Positions 1-14,861 of a DNA stretch of 64,000 bases are shown piece after piece. The notes beneath the pieces were generated by a model. That model made no database searches, was not told where the DNA came from, and saw only the letters and a program-made list of their open reading frames with translations. The translations under genes were made by a program, and so were the position numbers. How positions within the stretch are numbered: position 1 is the first letter of the stretch; the number at the start of each line of letters is the position of its first letter. This DNA comes from Callorhinchus milii (Eukaryota): NCBI RefSeq assembly GCF_018977255.1, contig NW_024704742.1, positions 60,514,001 to 60,578,000 of the forward strand, given 5' to 3'.

Positions 1-3000
1 CCTATGTTTATTTGGGTTGGTTTACTTTCGAACCTGTCATATTTGCAACACTATCAGAAACACCCAATGCATCACATGGGGTTTAGGTCTACATATCCAT
101 GAGCAGTAGTATTTACACTGCCTTTCTTCACCCCCACCTTAAACTGGCTCTTCATTGCTGAACCCCAATAATACATTGCCACAAGATAACCTTTGCTAAC
201 TTCAGTGGTGTGTATAACAATCATATTTCTGCCACGCTAAACACCCCAAACTACCACATGCCTGTATGACAAGATGCACGGCAGAGCACACACAGTGCGT
301 TCACCAGAATGAAGCAATTATGCTGCCTCGATTTTCCAAAACCAACTTAAATAAACTGCTAAAATCACTTAATGTGTGGTATAAACAAGACAAATGAAGG
401 GATTTGGTGGTTTTACAGAATCATAAATCACCAATGATTCAGGCCTGCAGAGCCCAGGAGATGTGGCTGGCATCACTCAGCGGTCTATTTTTCTCAGTAA
501 ACCATCAAATATTCCTGATTTCTATAACATGCTGCAATCTTTTAAAGTAATTGCTTTTGAATTTGACTTTTATTTCTCTGTGTGTAGTATCGTCAGTCGT
601 GTCACTGATACTCAGTGCACTGCATGAGCAACTAATCAGTGAGGAGTCTCAATGCGACACACAGGGAAAAGGAAAAACCTTCAGACAATTTGCCAGATAA
701 AGATTGATGGAGGGTTGTGGCTCCCGACCAGTCTGTGCAAGCTGTTGTATGTGGGCCAGCTTCTCCCTAGTCCTTCCCTTCAGGTCATTTCATCATGTCC
801 TGAGGCTTTTCCGCTCTTCAAGGCACATACATAAGTAAGATGTTATTTTGAACAATGATTTTGACGTTGCGCTTGTGCAAGGTCAATGATTGCCTGACTG
901 GTCGTCTTTGATTCTCATGGTCTCTAGCAGAGGCCAAACCTTTTCTCATAATCTCAGCTTTCAGATGAATGTCATCAAATGCAATATTTGGGGAAAAACA
1001 TATTTAAATTTAGTTTTGTTCTGCAAAACTATATTCCAAGTTGTAATAATGAAAATAAAAAACAATAATAATCTGTAGGCTTGATACTTCATTCATGTTG
1101 GTAGGATGTCTGAAAAAGCTTCACAGCATTTACTATAATGTGTAGTGACTGCATTTTGTAGATGAATGTGGCAGTCAGTTGATAATAATAATCCTTGCAT
1201 TTGATATAGCGCCTGATCATGTCGTCTCAAAGTGCTTCACACAATATATTGTGGAATGGATTGACTGTGTATTTTGTGGGCGTTTTGCAAACAGCAATGC
1301 CACGCAATCAGCAAGGTCAATTGTTCAATTTTATTTGGGGAAATGTTGACCAGGACACCGGGAGAAAGTCTTTTTGAGTCTTGTTGTGGGATCTTTAATA
1401 TCCACCTGAACAGGCAAATGGAAATTTGGTTCAATGACTTATACGAAGCACGGCATCTACAACACAGCAACACATTGCCAGCACTGCACTGGAACATCAG
1501 GCAATGAAAATTAAGACGGAATTCCTAAAATTCTTTAAGATCTTCGATTTTAAGGCAATGATCTTAAGACAAAGACCATGAAGGGTTTCCAAACCTCTGA
1601 TCTTCATGTTAAATTGAATATTTCTGCATTATTATAATGTTTAGACGCTAGTACCATGAAATGCAATGGAGATCCATGCAAGATACGTAATATGGTAGAT
1701 AAAGAGGCATATGTACCCAGTGGACAGTATAAATCTTGCCAAGGGGTAAAGGGAAGAACCTTTATTGGGACCATTCCCTGAAAGAGATTTAGAAATTAGT
1801 TGGCTCATCACTTACCATGTCAAAAGAGCATGAGGCAGCAATAAACAAGCAGTGCTGGGCTTTATTGCCAAATCAGAAGTCATACTCAACTGCTCTGGTC
1901 AGGCCACACAGAGAGTGTTGTGTACATTTCTGATCACTGAGAACTGCCCAGATCCAAAGGGCAATGTGCAAAAGACCAATGCTCAAATCCCACCCACCCC
2001 ATCCCTCAAACACACCAAGACATCAGATTTCAAAGCTGAAGAGCCCTACCTTGTCTAATTGTTGCTCATCATTCATTCCTCCAACACTGGGGATCATCCT
2101 CAGTGTTCTCCTCTCCACTGCATCAAATACTCCTTTCAGCATGTATTATTCCCATGAAAATAATATATTTTGATTTTTTTTAATTGCCATGCTGAGAAAA
2201 TGATCTGGCATTGAGTAATTCAGCACCATGTATTATTTTGCTTGTTGGAACTTCATCATTTATCATTTCTGCCAATTTTCACTCCTCTTCTTCTCCTGAA
2301 GCTATTTTGAGTCCTCTGTTTCTCCTAGTTGAGTGTACATTCTATGAGCTTGCCCACTGGCACCTCCTCGCTCCATGTTGCTACTGACAGTGTGAGCCTT
2401 GATAGTTGGTGTTGTCGGCCCAATTCTGTCCTCACCTGACATCCACACTTTCCAACCGGATTTTCTGGATCATGATCAGTAGGCTGAAACTCCTGTCCGC
2501 ATTACTAGCAGTGCCATTGATAATGCAAGATTATAATGCAGTGAAATCTCATTGAAAACTGACACTGCCAATGCTGCTACTCTTAATGCCCTCAGGAAAT
2601 TCAGTCCTTAAGAGATGGAATCATGGCTGATTTTTCTCTCTCATCAATATAGAGACTCTGAAGGCAATTGTAGTGCTTCAGCTGCTGTCCCAGCAGCATT
2701 TATATTATGTGATGCATTTTTCCCAGCTCTCAACAGATATTGGGCTGGTTTTCAATAATAGAATATAGTATTATCATCGGGAGGATCTTAAAAGCTTACT
2801 TTTGTGGCAAATTTACTTCCTTGTCTTTGTTTTTTTTAAAAAAACTCTTAATGGGAATCAAAGACAATCCTTCACCTTTCATCAGCATCCGAAAGCAATA
2901 ATGAAAGCAACTGTTTTCATTCTTGAATAAATTCAAGAATAATATTCGTGAAGAAATCAGGTGATATACGTTACTGGAGTGAACAAAAATAAGACAGATC

Positions 3001-3043
3001 AATGCAGAAAATTACCCAGTCACGTTTTAATACAGGCATCTTT

Positions 3044-3057
3044 TGCCCCCTTGTGGC
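3044..3057 (-). promoter_or_regulatory. CTCF core motif
   Basis: Minus strand GCCACAAGGGGGCA. Confidence 0.55.
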
Positions 3058-6000
3058 AGTTGTTAGGTACTATTCTCAACAATGCATTTATGTCTCAAAG
3101 AAAACACTCACATATTTGTGGCAATATTAAAATAAATTGACAAATGAGTTAACGGCAATTAGACCAGTCAACCGTTTGAAGTATTTTTATTTAATTTAAA
3201 CTGTAAAAATATATTTAAAATTTTGCTTTCAATTGCTAGCTTCTAGTGACATAATTGCAACAGAATACATATATTCTACATCTCTCTGTCGAAGCACAAG
3301 CCTTAAGATTATGCAGTTTTAGAGGACACGGCATAATGAATAAGTTTGTGCTACATTAAACCTTGTTGACATTCTTTTATTTACACGCGTTTGGTCTGAT
3401 ACCTTTATTAGGACCATCATTTTGGTAGCAGAGTAATAATAATTTTAATCCTTGCATTTTATTTAGCGGCTTATCATGTCATCAAGATGTCGAAAAGCAC
3501 TTCTCAGGATATGCTGTAAAGCTGTTTTATTGTGTGTATTTTGTGAGCAAATGTGGCAGCAAATTTGAGCACAGCAATGTCCCACAAACAGTGGTGGAGT
3601 GCCTGACCAATTTTATTTAGGAGATCGCTTGGCCACTTGGATAAAACTCCCTTTTCTTTTCAAATAGTGCCTTTGGGAACATTAAAGTTCACCTGGATAG
3701 GCAGACACAATCTCAGATTAACACCTCAGCTGAAAGTCGGCACCTCTGATGATAAGGCATACCCCTAGCACTGCACTGGGGAGTCCATTTAGACTATATT
3801 GGTACCAATGTGGGGCTTGAATCACAACTTTCTGACAGAAATGAGAGTGCTTCCAGTAAGTACTTCACTATTGTCTTTGCACAAGTTGTTATTTTTCCAC
3901 ATAAACAAGTTAATTGTAAACGTGCAGCGATATATGAATGCATTTAGAAAGAAGATACACTTTTATAGCTCTTTCTCACTTAGAAGTGTTTCATAGGTAT
4001 TTACTGTAAAAATGTAGTGACTGATTTTGTAAGCAAACTTAGTGGCAAGTCCCCAAAACAGCCATGAGGTGAATGATCAGGAACTCATCTGGAGAATTGT
4101 TGGTCAGGGCACTGGCAGAACCAGAATACATTTTAAATTTAGAATTAAAGTAATTAACGAGAGATCAAAGGGAGAAGGCAGATTTATTTTATGACGTGGA
4201 ATGCTCTCCTTGGAGCCATAGTTGAGGCAGAATCTGTGTTCATTTTTCTGAAGGAATTAAACATGAAAAGGAGAATCTAAAAGGGTGTGGAGAAAAGGTT
4301 GTCAAAAGGGTTTAAGTGGATTGTTGTTCCCGAGAGCCAGCACAGGTATGAAGAGCCGAAAGGCCTCCTTTTGTGCTGCAAATTCCTAACCTTTCAATTG
4401 TAAGGTCAACATTTTTACCCTTACAAAGTTAGAAATTTGAAATAATGCAGAAAATACCAACAGTTAAACTAATAGGATGACCACCTCAAGAAGCCAAAGA
4501 TACTGGGAGGAAATAACAAGCTTAAACCTACTAACCCACAGACAAAGAGTCAGCAAATGTGTAATTAACCGCCTGTGACATTTTGTAAACGGGTCATAAA
4601 TAGTAGAACTGTATCAGTGAGAGGAAGGGGAAACTGAGAGCAATTTAAAATTACATCCCAATACAGTTGCACAAATTAAATTACTACTTCAAGTAAATAT
4701 TGACCTGATTTCCAGAATGTTCTTCTTTTATTTTGTCCCCTCCCTTGCCTCCTTCAAGGCCCATCTCAAGACCCTTCTCTTCAACCATGTCTTTGATCAC
4801 CCTCCTATCCCCACCCTTCCTGCCCTCCACCCTCCTGATCCCAATCTCTTGCTCAGGTCCAAATCCTGACTGTCCAATGCCTTGGGATGTCCTCTCGACT
4901 TGAAAAGTGCGATACAAATGGAAGTTGTTGTTATTTATATTCACACAGAAGCTATTATAATACTTAACATTATACTGAAAGGTCAAAGAAAGATTTGGAA
5001 ATGCTACACATAGTATTTTTTTCAGAGCAAAAGAAAACAATTGCCTTAGGATTTTTCTCTCTTAATGCAAACCAATTCTAAATTTTCAATGGAACGGACT
5101 CTGGGAGTCTTGTGGTATGAATACAGGATGCATGCAGTTTCTGCTTTGATATCGGATAAATGCAACTTCATCCATTTGTAGCCCTGATTGTGATTGTTGT
5201 GATTTGACTGTAAGCCTCCAACAGTAGTTAAAAGGATGATTCTGCTCAATTTAAAATGATTTGTGTTGGATGACTTATGCCTTATTATTGATGGTATGCA
5301 GCTTTTTTTTGGATTTCAAGGCAGGTTCCTTATACCATGGCTTCTCTGCGGCACTTGAAGAAATTTTAAACCCATACCACTTCTGATAAGAAGGGAATTT
5401 CAGAAACAGCGTGTGATGTGTTTTATGAATGCAACAGTGATTTCAGCTGCAGTAAAATGACTTCTCTGCTGCTCAGTGTGGCATATATATCCAGCTGCTC
5501 CCCTGCTAAGATGTACTCCCAGGCAATGCCTTTTAATTTCCTGAAGTTGATTGCATTGTGAGGTTCCTGGTAATGTATTTGATTGGAACTTGCGGAGACG
5601 ACACCAGTTGGCTTACGTTTCCATTGAAAATATGCATCAGGAATTCATTCCTCTTGTCCCTCACAACACAACAATTTCAAAAAGTTAATGTGTTTTTGGT
5701 ATAAACTTTTGCATATATACTTGGCAACAATTGCTCTCAGTATCATGGAAATGTTAATAACCTTTTTTCCCGCATTTCCATTAATATGGTTAAGAGACAT
5801 AAACAGGCCAGCAGATGGCAAATGAAGTTTAATGTGGGAAAATGAGAAGTAATTCAACTTGGTAGGAAAAATAAAGGAACCATCTATAGTCTGGATCAGT
5901 GGTGACCAACCTTTATGGTCGGCCACAAAATAAATGTTACTGATTAAATATTTCTTGTAAATCAAGAAATATTCAATCAAGACAAAACTGAATAAAACTA

Positions 6001-7688
6001 CTGATAAACACAAGTGATAAACACAAGCGATTTCCTAAAGATAAGAAAGTTTTAATAATCAGTGACGGAATAAATGTTAATGTTTATAGTGAAAGAGAAA
6101 TGACAGCACCTTTTACACAGCCCCCTTGTCCTGTAATAATATTAGTTATGGATATTATTAACTTTTAATGCTCACTGACACTCTAATTGATTGATGCTGT
6201 GGTTTCCCCTATTATTTGACAATTCTTAATGGAGTATTACCTCTTAAGCACACTAACCCCAGAATAGCATGGCCACTCAGTAACTTTTATGGCACATGAG
6301 ATTGAAATTAAAGCGTTTATAAATAAATTCAGATGAAAGAAAGAGAGAGAGAGAGAGAGAAAATGTATTAAATGGTCATGTTAAAGTCAAATTGACTTCA
6401 AGCTTATCCTTCCAAGGTAACTCTTTCAGTGCTGAAAAAAGCCCATTTTGCTTTGCATTAAGGTCTTGCTCGCTCTCTTTCTGCCTTTATGTCCAACCTC
6501 AAATCCTTCTTCTTTGAACCTACAAGCACTTCCCACTCTTCCATCGGCCTTACTCAGTGTCCGACTCCATTCTTGTAAAGCTCTCTGAGGCATGCCCGAG
6601 GTGAAGGGCATTTTTTAAATACTATACAATACAATTTACATTTATATAGCAGCTTTCACTGTTTGAAGGACATCTCAAAGTACTTAAATGTAAGTTGTGT
6701 ATTCATTCTGGAGTACATATGAAGCTTCCAGCAGGAAGCTGCTAACGCTCTATAATAATCCTTGCATTTGATATAGCGCCTTATCACGACTTTGAGATGT
6801 CTCAAAGCACTTCACAGAATATATTGTAAAGGGAATTTCCCTTTAAGTGAGCCAGGTTTTAAATGTGGTAGAAACGCTCCACTATTAATTACACCTGAAC
6901 CCTCTAAATAAAAAACCTTCAGCACTTGTTTCAGTAACAGTCTATTCAGGATATGCTCTATTTCCCACTTAAATGGCTCGGAAGTGAAGCGTTGGCTGCC
7001 GTATGCAAACAATGAGAATTAGGCAACCGGAGCAATCAAAACCCTTGTTCTCCTGAAGTGTCTTCTTGCTTTTCATTATTCGACAATTAGGAGCATGACT
7101 GCAAGCAGTGCCTACACACTATCTCCAGCAGGTTATTTCCACTGTTTCTGGTTCTCCTTGATCTTGATCTGCCCTATTTTTCTCTTCAAATTTTCTTTTT
7201 TCTTTGTGGATTTATTATCTTACTTTTCTTTATTCTCTTTATGCAAAAGATAATCCGTGACTGGAATTGGTTGCCGGGAAATGTGATAGACGCCAGGACA
7301 CTGGACTCATTTATAACATAAGAAATGTTAGATGATAAAAGACCAAATTCCATCTAGTTTGCCTTCCACCTTTCTGTTGGTTGCATGCACATATTGCCCA
7401 AACTTACCTATGTGCTATATCCCATTATGTTATTTCCTAAAAGAAAATCTAATCTGTGTTTGAAAGAAGCAACACTTCCTGCTTCAACCGTCTCCTGAGG
7501 GAGTTTGTAGGTTTACTAAAATAGTGCTTGCGCAGATTCGTTCTGAATTTACTCCCTTTCAATTGCGTGCCGTGTCCTCTGGTTTTAGTATTCTGGACAA
7601 GTTGAAACAGCCTGTGAGATGCTGTGATGGGGGGACAATAGGCTTGGTGTTTTGGAAGGATGACATTGGATGGGCCGAAGAGCCTTCT

Positions 7689-8008
7689 TAATAATAATAA
7701 TAATAATCCTTGCATTTGATAAAGCGCTTTTCACATCTTCTAGACGTCCCAAAGCGCTTCAAGAATATACTGTAAAGTGAATTGACTGCATATTTGTGTG
7801 CGAACGCGGCAGCCAATTGTGCACAGCAATGTCCCACAAACAGTCGTAGATTAAAAATGACCAATTTATTATTGTTTTGTTTTTTTGGAGGGATTATTAT
7901 TAGTCGTGTGAAGTAAGGAAACTTGCCCAAGGTTTCGCACTGCCTGGAATTGAACTTAGGTCTCTCACTTGCAAAGCGAGTGCTCTAACCACTGAGCTAC
8001 AGGACTCC
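7689..8008 (-). mobile_element. Full-length tRNA-derived SINE (Deu-type core, L2-like tail, (TTA)n end)
   Basis: Reverse complement of GGAGTCCTGTAGCTCAGTGGTTAGAGCACTCGCTTTGCAAG...GTTCAATTCC...AAATGCAAGGATTATTATT; near-identical to the other copies. Confidence 0.93.
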
Positions 8009-11000
8009 AAGAAGACTCCTTCTTCATGCAGACCAATCTTGTGATCGAATGTAAGAATTATTTGAGGAGAGGAGGAGATAGTGGCCTTGTGTTCTCACAC
8101 CTTGCTTTTCTGCCATGCCTCTTGCCCTCTTCCCACAGTGCTTGTTGCTCTATCACTTGCTGTCCCATCATCTCCTTTCCCCCTGGCCAGCCTTGCTCTT
8201 GCTCTGAGTGGCGATGTATAGTTGGAATCCTTGCTGCAAAGTAGGACTGTCAGGCATGATGCGGACGTGTTCGTCCCTCATGTTTCTCACTGTCAATATG
8301 GTCATTTTTTAAATTTTAGACAGTGACAATTTTTGTTGATCTCTCAGACACTAGAATGGCTTTTTAACTTTAAAATTTTACCTTCAATAATATATTTTTT
8401 AGGAAAAGTACTGGGAAGTTGCAGGATTAAAGTCTTCCCAATCCACTAATATCAGGCATGTATCTTGCTTAATGTACAATATGAATGTCAGTCAATTAAA
8501 AGATCCGATCTCTTTCAATTTCTTCTTGAAGCTCAAAAGCTTAAAAGAAATGTCACAGCCTAAAATATATAACGGTGTTCAAATAAAGGGTGTATCTCGT
8601 GTATACTTATCTGATGAAGCACAGTGCATAATGTTACAAGAAAGCTTTAATTGTGTCACTTTATTTTTATCTCTTCTGAACAGAATATGCCTAATTAGCT
8701 TTCCATCTCCAGTAATCCTACTAGTGTGGGATGCACTTGTATGAGCAATGGTTGTGAAATGCAGAGAAGGAAACTGGATGAGGCTTGTTGAAATAATCCC
8801 ATCTGCCAAATTGCTAAGGTTCCTTCTCTGGGCTAATAGGCTGCCAAAACATTAGCTGTGGATCAACAAGCTATTACCACAAACTGTGTAACACACCGCA
8901 TGGCAGAGCGAGGGGAGCACTTGGAGATTAGTAAAACACTAATAAACTACTGAACAAAGCCAATCCATCAATCACCAAACTACTTGAGACAGCACCTTGA
9001 CCAAATGTACACTGATGTACTGGTAGTGCAGATCGCTGTGTGCAATTTGGCTATCGCTTTCACCTACAAGATACACAGTCACACCACTTTATAGTGCATT
9101 GTGTATCTTTTTTAAGCTTTTGAGCTGTGCTCCTGACGTGAAAGGCGCTGTATCAAATGTAAGCATTATCATTATGAAATGTAAGCATAAGCATTTTATT
9201 ATGTAAGGATTATTAAAGATTACAATGAGCCTCACTACTCTTGATTCCAATCCCCAGCTCGGGTGCAAACCCTTAGATGTCCATTGCTTTGGGATGTCCT
9301 TCCAACATGAAAGGTGATTTATAAATGTCACTTTGTGGTGTTTGTTATTGTTGAAACTGAAGTCTAATATTGGGAATGATGCATGTCTGCTTGGCATAAG
9401 AACATCCAGCAAGCACCCAGGACAACAGTTTAGAGTGAACCCCGTGAATCATTTTGAGATGTCCTCGCAAAGTTAGAGGTGCTATATCAAATGCAAAGAT
9501 TATTATCATTATCGAAGCACTGAACCTTGTCCATAGAGCTAATGTCGGTGCTATCTCCTCTCTTGGAACTATCTACTCTGATTTCAATTCCCTGCTCTAT
9601 CCCCATACTCGTTAACATTATTTCTTTTCAACAATTTATTCAATTCTTTTTTTAAACATAGTTATGATTTTAGGTTTAATAGCTATGTGTGACAAAGCAT
9701 GCCATTTTATCTAACCTGCGCATCAAAATTTTCTTCTAACCTATCCTTATTTGTATTTGTGATATTGATAACTGTCTCCGTCCTGAAGGTAGTTAACTTC
9801 TTTCAATACCAACGCCTGTGACTCTGACCTTCACTTTTCTGACTCAGTGACTCAGTGTCGTTAATGAAGACCTGGAGCAAAGAATATAGTTATGTGGCAC
9901 ATACTGTGAGTAATGATTTCTGCTGTAAGAACTTCAGTGCCTTTCAATTCAACTGTGTTTTTACAAATTTACAAGCTTTCATTTGCCCCCATGAAAGGTA
10001 TATCCTCCTGATGTGAAAGATGCTATATAAATGCAATGTGTTGTTGATTTTGTTGTTGTTGAATAAATGGGAGAGCACAGTTATGGGCCACAGCAGCTAT
10101 AATTCAATTGTATTACAAAATGTACCACTATCTTGAAGAAATATTAAATATGAACTGTGCAGTAGAATAAATTCTGTGCTGTGATAATGATAATATTCTT
10201 TACATTTCATGTAGTCCCTTTCACATCGGGAGGATGTCTCAAACCGTTTCACAGGATTTATTGTAAAGTGTGGTGAGTGTATATTTAATAGATGAAGAAT
10301 ATCCACACTTAATAAAAACTGGAGAAATTATATCTTATAAAAGCTTGTTTGACATATATATGGAGGTATACTAACTTATAATGCTCAATATTCGGACCAG
10401 ATTTTATATGTGTCAGCTTGATATAGATGGTAACAATTTTGCCTCTGAGTCAGAAGGTTGTGGGTTCAAGACCACCTTAGGACTTTGAACTTATATAGTC
10501 TATGCTGATACTCCAATATTGTGCTGGGGAATACTGAATGGTTGGAGGTGCGGTCTTTCAGAGGAGACATTAAACTCACCTTTTTAGCTTCAGCTAATAT
10601 AGCTTAGATTTTTTATGTTCTGATGATACTGGGGCTAGACTTTGGAAACCATCATAGCATCAGTTATTAACAAATGTAGCAATTTCCCAGGAAACTTGCT
10701 TCCTTGCAGTTCTAAAGGTCAAAGCAGTACCTGTGATAGGTGATGATGTAGTACTTACACTGTGTCGCGCCTGATAAAACAGGAGGCTTTTAGAAGGGAA
10801 CTAAATTGAATCAGGTTTAGGTTAAATTTATAATAATCAGTATTAGATATTACTAAATCAGTTCATGGCTGTACTTCGTTGTTCTCTTTCAAAAGGTTAC
10901 GAATCCTGATATTTCTTTCATTGCTCTGGAACATGTGAGCTTTTCATCTAATGACACTATTAAATGTAACGTTTGTGACTTTGTTCATTGTCAGTTTTTC

Positions 11001-14000
11001 TTTAAAGGGCAGCAAAGCTGAATTTTACCCTGGGCGAGCAGAAAGGTCACCCATTATCTAGGTCATTCACACATTACAATACAATTTACATTTATATAGT
11101 ACCTTTCATGTCGGAAAGATGGCTCAAAGTGCTTGGCACTGCTGCCTGGGTACTCGAGCTGGGAATGCAAGCCAAGTGGGAAGGGAAAAGATGAAAGTAT
11201 GGTCAAGGAGGTATATTTTGAGATGGCCGCTGAATGAGGGGGGTGAGCAAGCAAGTCGGGGACCTCTGGGATAGACTTCTAGAGAGTGGGGGCAGAATGG
11301 CTGAAAGCCCACCTACCATTGATACTGCACGAGACATGAAGCATAATATTAATTTATCGTCTCATCAGAGCAGAATCTGATTTGCAAGATTCACGCTGAC
11401 CCTTTGGAACATCGTTCGAGCATTGAGCTCAATCTTATGAAACAGTATTGGAGCCAAGGACAGGCTTCAAATTCTATACATGATAGTATCTTTGTCACTG
11501 TAAAATTGGGCATCAAAGCAATAAGGCATTCCTACCAATGTTCCCGACTCTTTGTGGGAAACTGCTGTGCGCAATTGGCTGTCTTGTTTTGCCTACAAAA
11601 TATACAGTCAATCCACTTTACAGTATAATCTGTGAAGTGCTTTGAGATGTCTCAATGACGTGATAAGGCGCTGTATCAAATGCAAGAATTATTATTTAGC
11701 ATTATGTAAAATTCTTTCTTCCCAACTTTGTTTTGTTACAAAGTACAAGAAAGAGAAATGTATAATAGCAATAATGTTACATGTAAAACAGTTGGCTTCA
11801 TATTTGTAATTTGGTATTTCAGAATTTTAATGATTACAAGACAGGCAAGTACAAATTTTGTGGCATTAGAGTTTGTACTTCTCTTATTGCATACTCTATG
11901 CTTGTAAAAATGCTAATTTACAGCTCTCTTACAAATGGATAGTAAAGCTACATTTCTAACTGTGGGCGATAGAATAGAATCACATCAACTGATATAGCAC
12001 GTAAAAGATCATTCAACCCAACTAGACCCATGAGTCCCTACCACTCCTATTCCCCTCTCCCACATCCTCCATTTCTCCTTCCTCATCAATACATCACATT
12101 TCCTCTTAAATACTTAATGCTTTCTGCCTTCAACAAAAGCTGATTGCGTGTATAATATATAATCACTAACTACACTTTTAGATTGGATCCTGTGAAGTGC
12201 TTTGAGACGCCCTCCTGATGTGAAAGGCACAACATATAAAACTCAAGATTTATTATGATAATCAGTCCAAACAAATGTATATCAGAAATGTGGACCGTAT
12301 GTGTAACTGACTCAGAGGAGTGGGAGACAAATCTGTCTAGGATTAATACAATACAAAACTTAATTTGTAAAACCCCTTTCATTCAGGGGGATGTCCCAAG
12401 GTGTTGGACAGTCAAGGATTTGGACCCGAGCGGTTAGCAGGTCAGAGAGGTAGGAAGGGGCAAGGCCATGAAGAGGCAAATACAGTGATTATGGGACTTT
12501 GCTGCCATTGCATTCATACCATGTATCTTATTCTTGGTAAGGGAATAAAGCTCTGTACTTGAAGATGTGAAAATCACATAGGAACATCATGCTTGTCAGA
12601 GCTCTGGCAGTTGATCACAAGACCCCTCTGCACCAATATGGTTTCTAATAATATATTGTTAAAGGCTCTATCTCATGAAAACATGTTTATTAACCCAGGT
12701 TTTATTTGGGGAAGGAGAATAGCACAAGGATCTGTTGGTGATTTCATTAAATTGCCATGTGCCTGGACACAACGATGCACTTCATCACAATTTATGCCAT
12801 TTCAGACAAATGATAAAAGCTCTGTTAAATAGCTTGCCATGAGGACAGTTCTCCATTAATGGTTTTATAATATATCAGTGCAAATTCAAAGGGTAAAGGC
12901 AGGACTCATACATTTTTAAATACAGTACAGTGATGGGTGATAGCCTCAATACAGGAGCAGTTTTATAGCCAACTCTAAACCATTAGTGGTGGTGTATAAC
13001 CCCTGGGGTGCTGGTGATGAAATAACTCATTTCAGTGTTCTCGCTCTTGCTCTGATGGACTGTTATCGAATCAAGCAGACAGGGCCCCCAACTTTGTCGC
13101 AAAAATCATCACAAGATTGACTTGGTTGCTTCAATAACATGCCTGGAACAAGCTTTAATATACTTTGAAACATTATTGTTTATGAAAGGCGCTATCTAAA
13201 TGCAAGTTGTTGTTGTAGCAGATGAAATAGATTCCATTCTTCAGATGAGATATTAAACTGAGGCCCCATCTGCCTGTTCAGGTTGATGTTAAAGATCCAT
13301 GGCCAAGGCTATAAAAAAAATCATGTGCCTAGATGTTGTTGCGGAAACTGCAACCTTTAACACACAGCAACTTTTATGGTTGCCACAACGTTTAATGGCT
13401 ACAGTGAGTACGCTAGCATTGAATCACAGAGTCATAGAATTATACAGCACAGAAGGAGGCCGTTCGGCCCATGGTGTCTGTGATGGCTCTTTGTAAAGAG
13501 CTATCCAAATCAATCCCACACCCCCGCTCTCTCCCCATAGTGCTGCAAACTTGTCCTCCCTAAATAATTATTTGGGGACCAAATGAACCATCAACCCACC
13601 CTTCATTCCCATTGATTCATCCACCTGTCAATAGGATGGTCTGATGAGAGTGTGGGATGAGTTGATGGACAGGTGAATGGTCGTATAGGAATGTGTAATT
13701 GAACTTCAACTGTCCTACCAAAGCCACAACTTTAACAAACTGAGGCAGCAAAAGGTACAACTTTCTTACAGCCTTACCCATGGCTGTATTTGAAAAAGGA
13801 AGGGACTTATTCCTGGTGTCCTGGCCAACAATTTCCCAGATAAAAAAGTGGTGTCTCACTTTATGGCAGTTTGTGGGACATTGCTGTGCACAAATTGGCT
13901 ACTGGATTCACCTACAAACTACATTATCACTGCACTTTACAGTAAATCCTGTGAAGCACTTTGCAACATTTTGACATGACAAGGCACTAGATCAAATGAA

Positions 14001-14788
14001 AGGATTATTACTATATTATATTATAATCAATTTAAGGCTATTTTTCCAAAAGTGAGTGGAGGTCCGAAATGGAAACATTTTTGTATAAAATCTTAGTCTG
14101 CTTAAACTACATCGCTAAATTAAACAGACTTCAGAACAATTTATAAACCAGTTGCTCTCATTTAATAAGGATTCATTTGCCATCCCTCCATACTGTATTT
14201 GTTTTGTTAATTGAAATTTACAGAATTCTAAATTGCCAGTGGGCAAAATGAGAAATAGTCCAGGATTTGATTCCCGCCAATCTTTTTTCACCTTAGATTT
14301 GCAGGGCAGAGCTTACAAACCAGAAATCACAAAGTAAAAATTGTGACAAATCTGGTTTCCAAATCAGTCTGCTGCGTGGAAATGCTGATCTGAGTATAAA
14401 ACAAATTAAAAGTTATCTTAAATATCAACAGCGACTAGGTGTTTCTGATGTCAGAGCATGTGACCAACGTTCATACGTCTATATTGGCAACATTCAGTTA
14501 TCAGCTAAAATGTCACGCTAAATTTGTTCTGCATTTATCAGAATGCAACTGTGTAGCTTGACTGACCTTCCAACAACAAGAAGTTGAATTTACATAGCGT
14601 TATTTCCTGGGGTACCGTCCTGGAGTGATTTGTTGTTGTTTTTGTTGTTTAGACCTTAGAATCCTCTGGAATTGTAGCCTGTTATGAAGTCCAGTATTTG
14701 TTATTATTATTGAGATACATTAAATGCATTCCACTTTCATTAATACAAGCTCTTAAATTGAGAGACATTGGAACTTATAATGTGCTAT

Positions 14789-14861
14789 TTGCTAACCGTA
14801 GCAACATGTTTTATTGTGCACTTATAATGGGAAATCCCATTACAAGCCTGCAATAAAACAT
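14789..14861. repeat. Twin inverted repeat (16 bp + 56 bp hairpins)
   Basis: TTGCTA-accg-TAGCAA followed by ATGTTTTATTG..CTT.TAATGGGA-aa-TCCCATTA.AAG..CAATAAAACAT. Confidence 0.85.

Noticed and set aside
5808..5820. Forward CTCF-like motif CCAGCAGATGGCA
   Set aside because: It lies in a CR1 remnant (…AGATGGCAAATGAAGTTTAATGTGG…), so it is probably incidental. Not listed as a feature.
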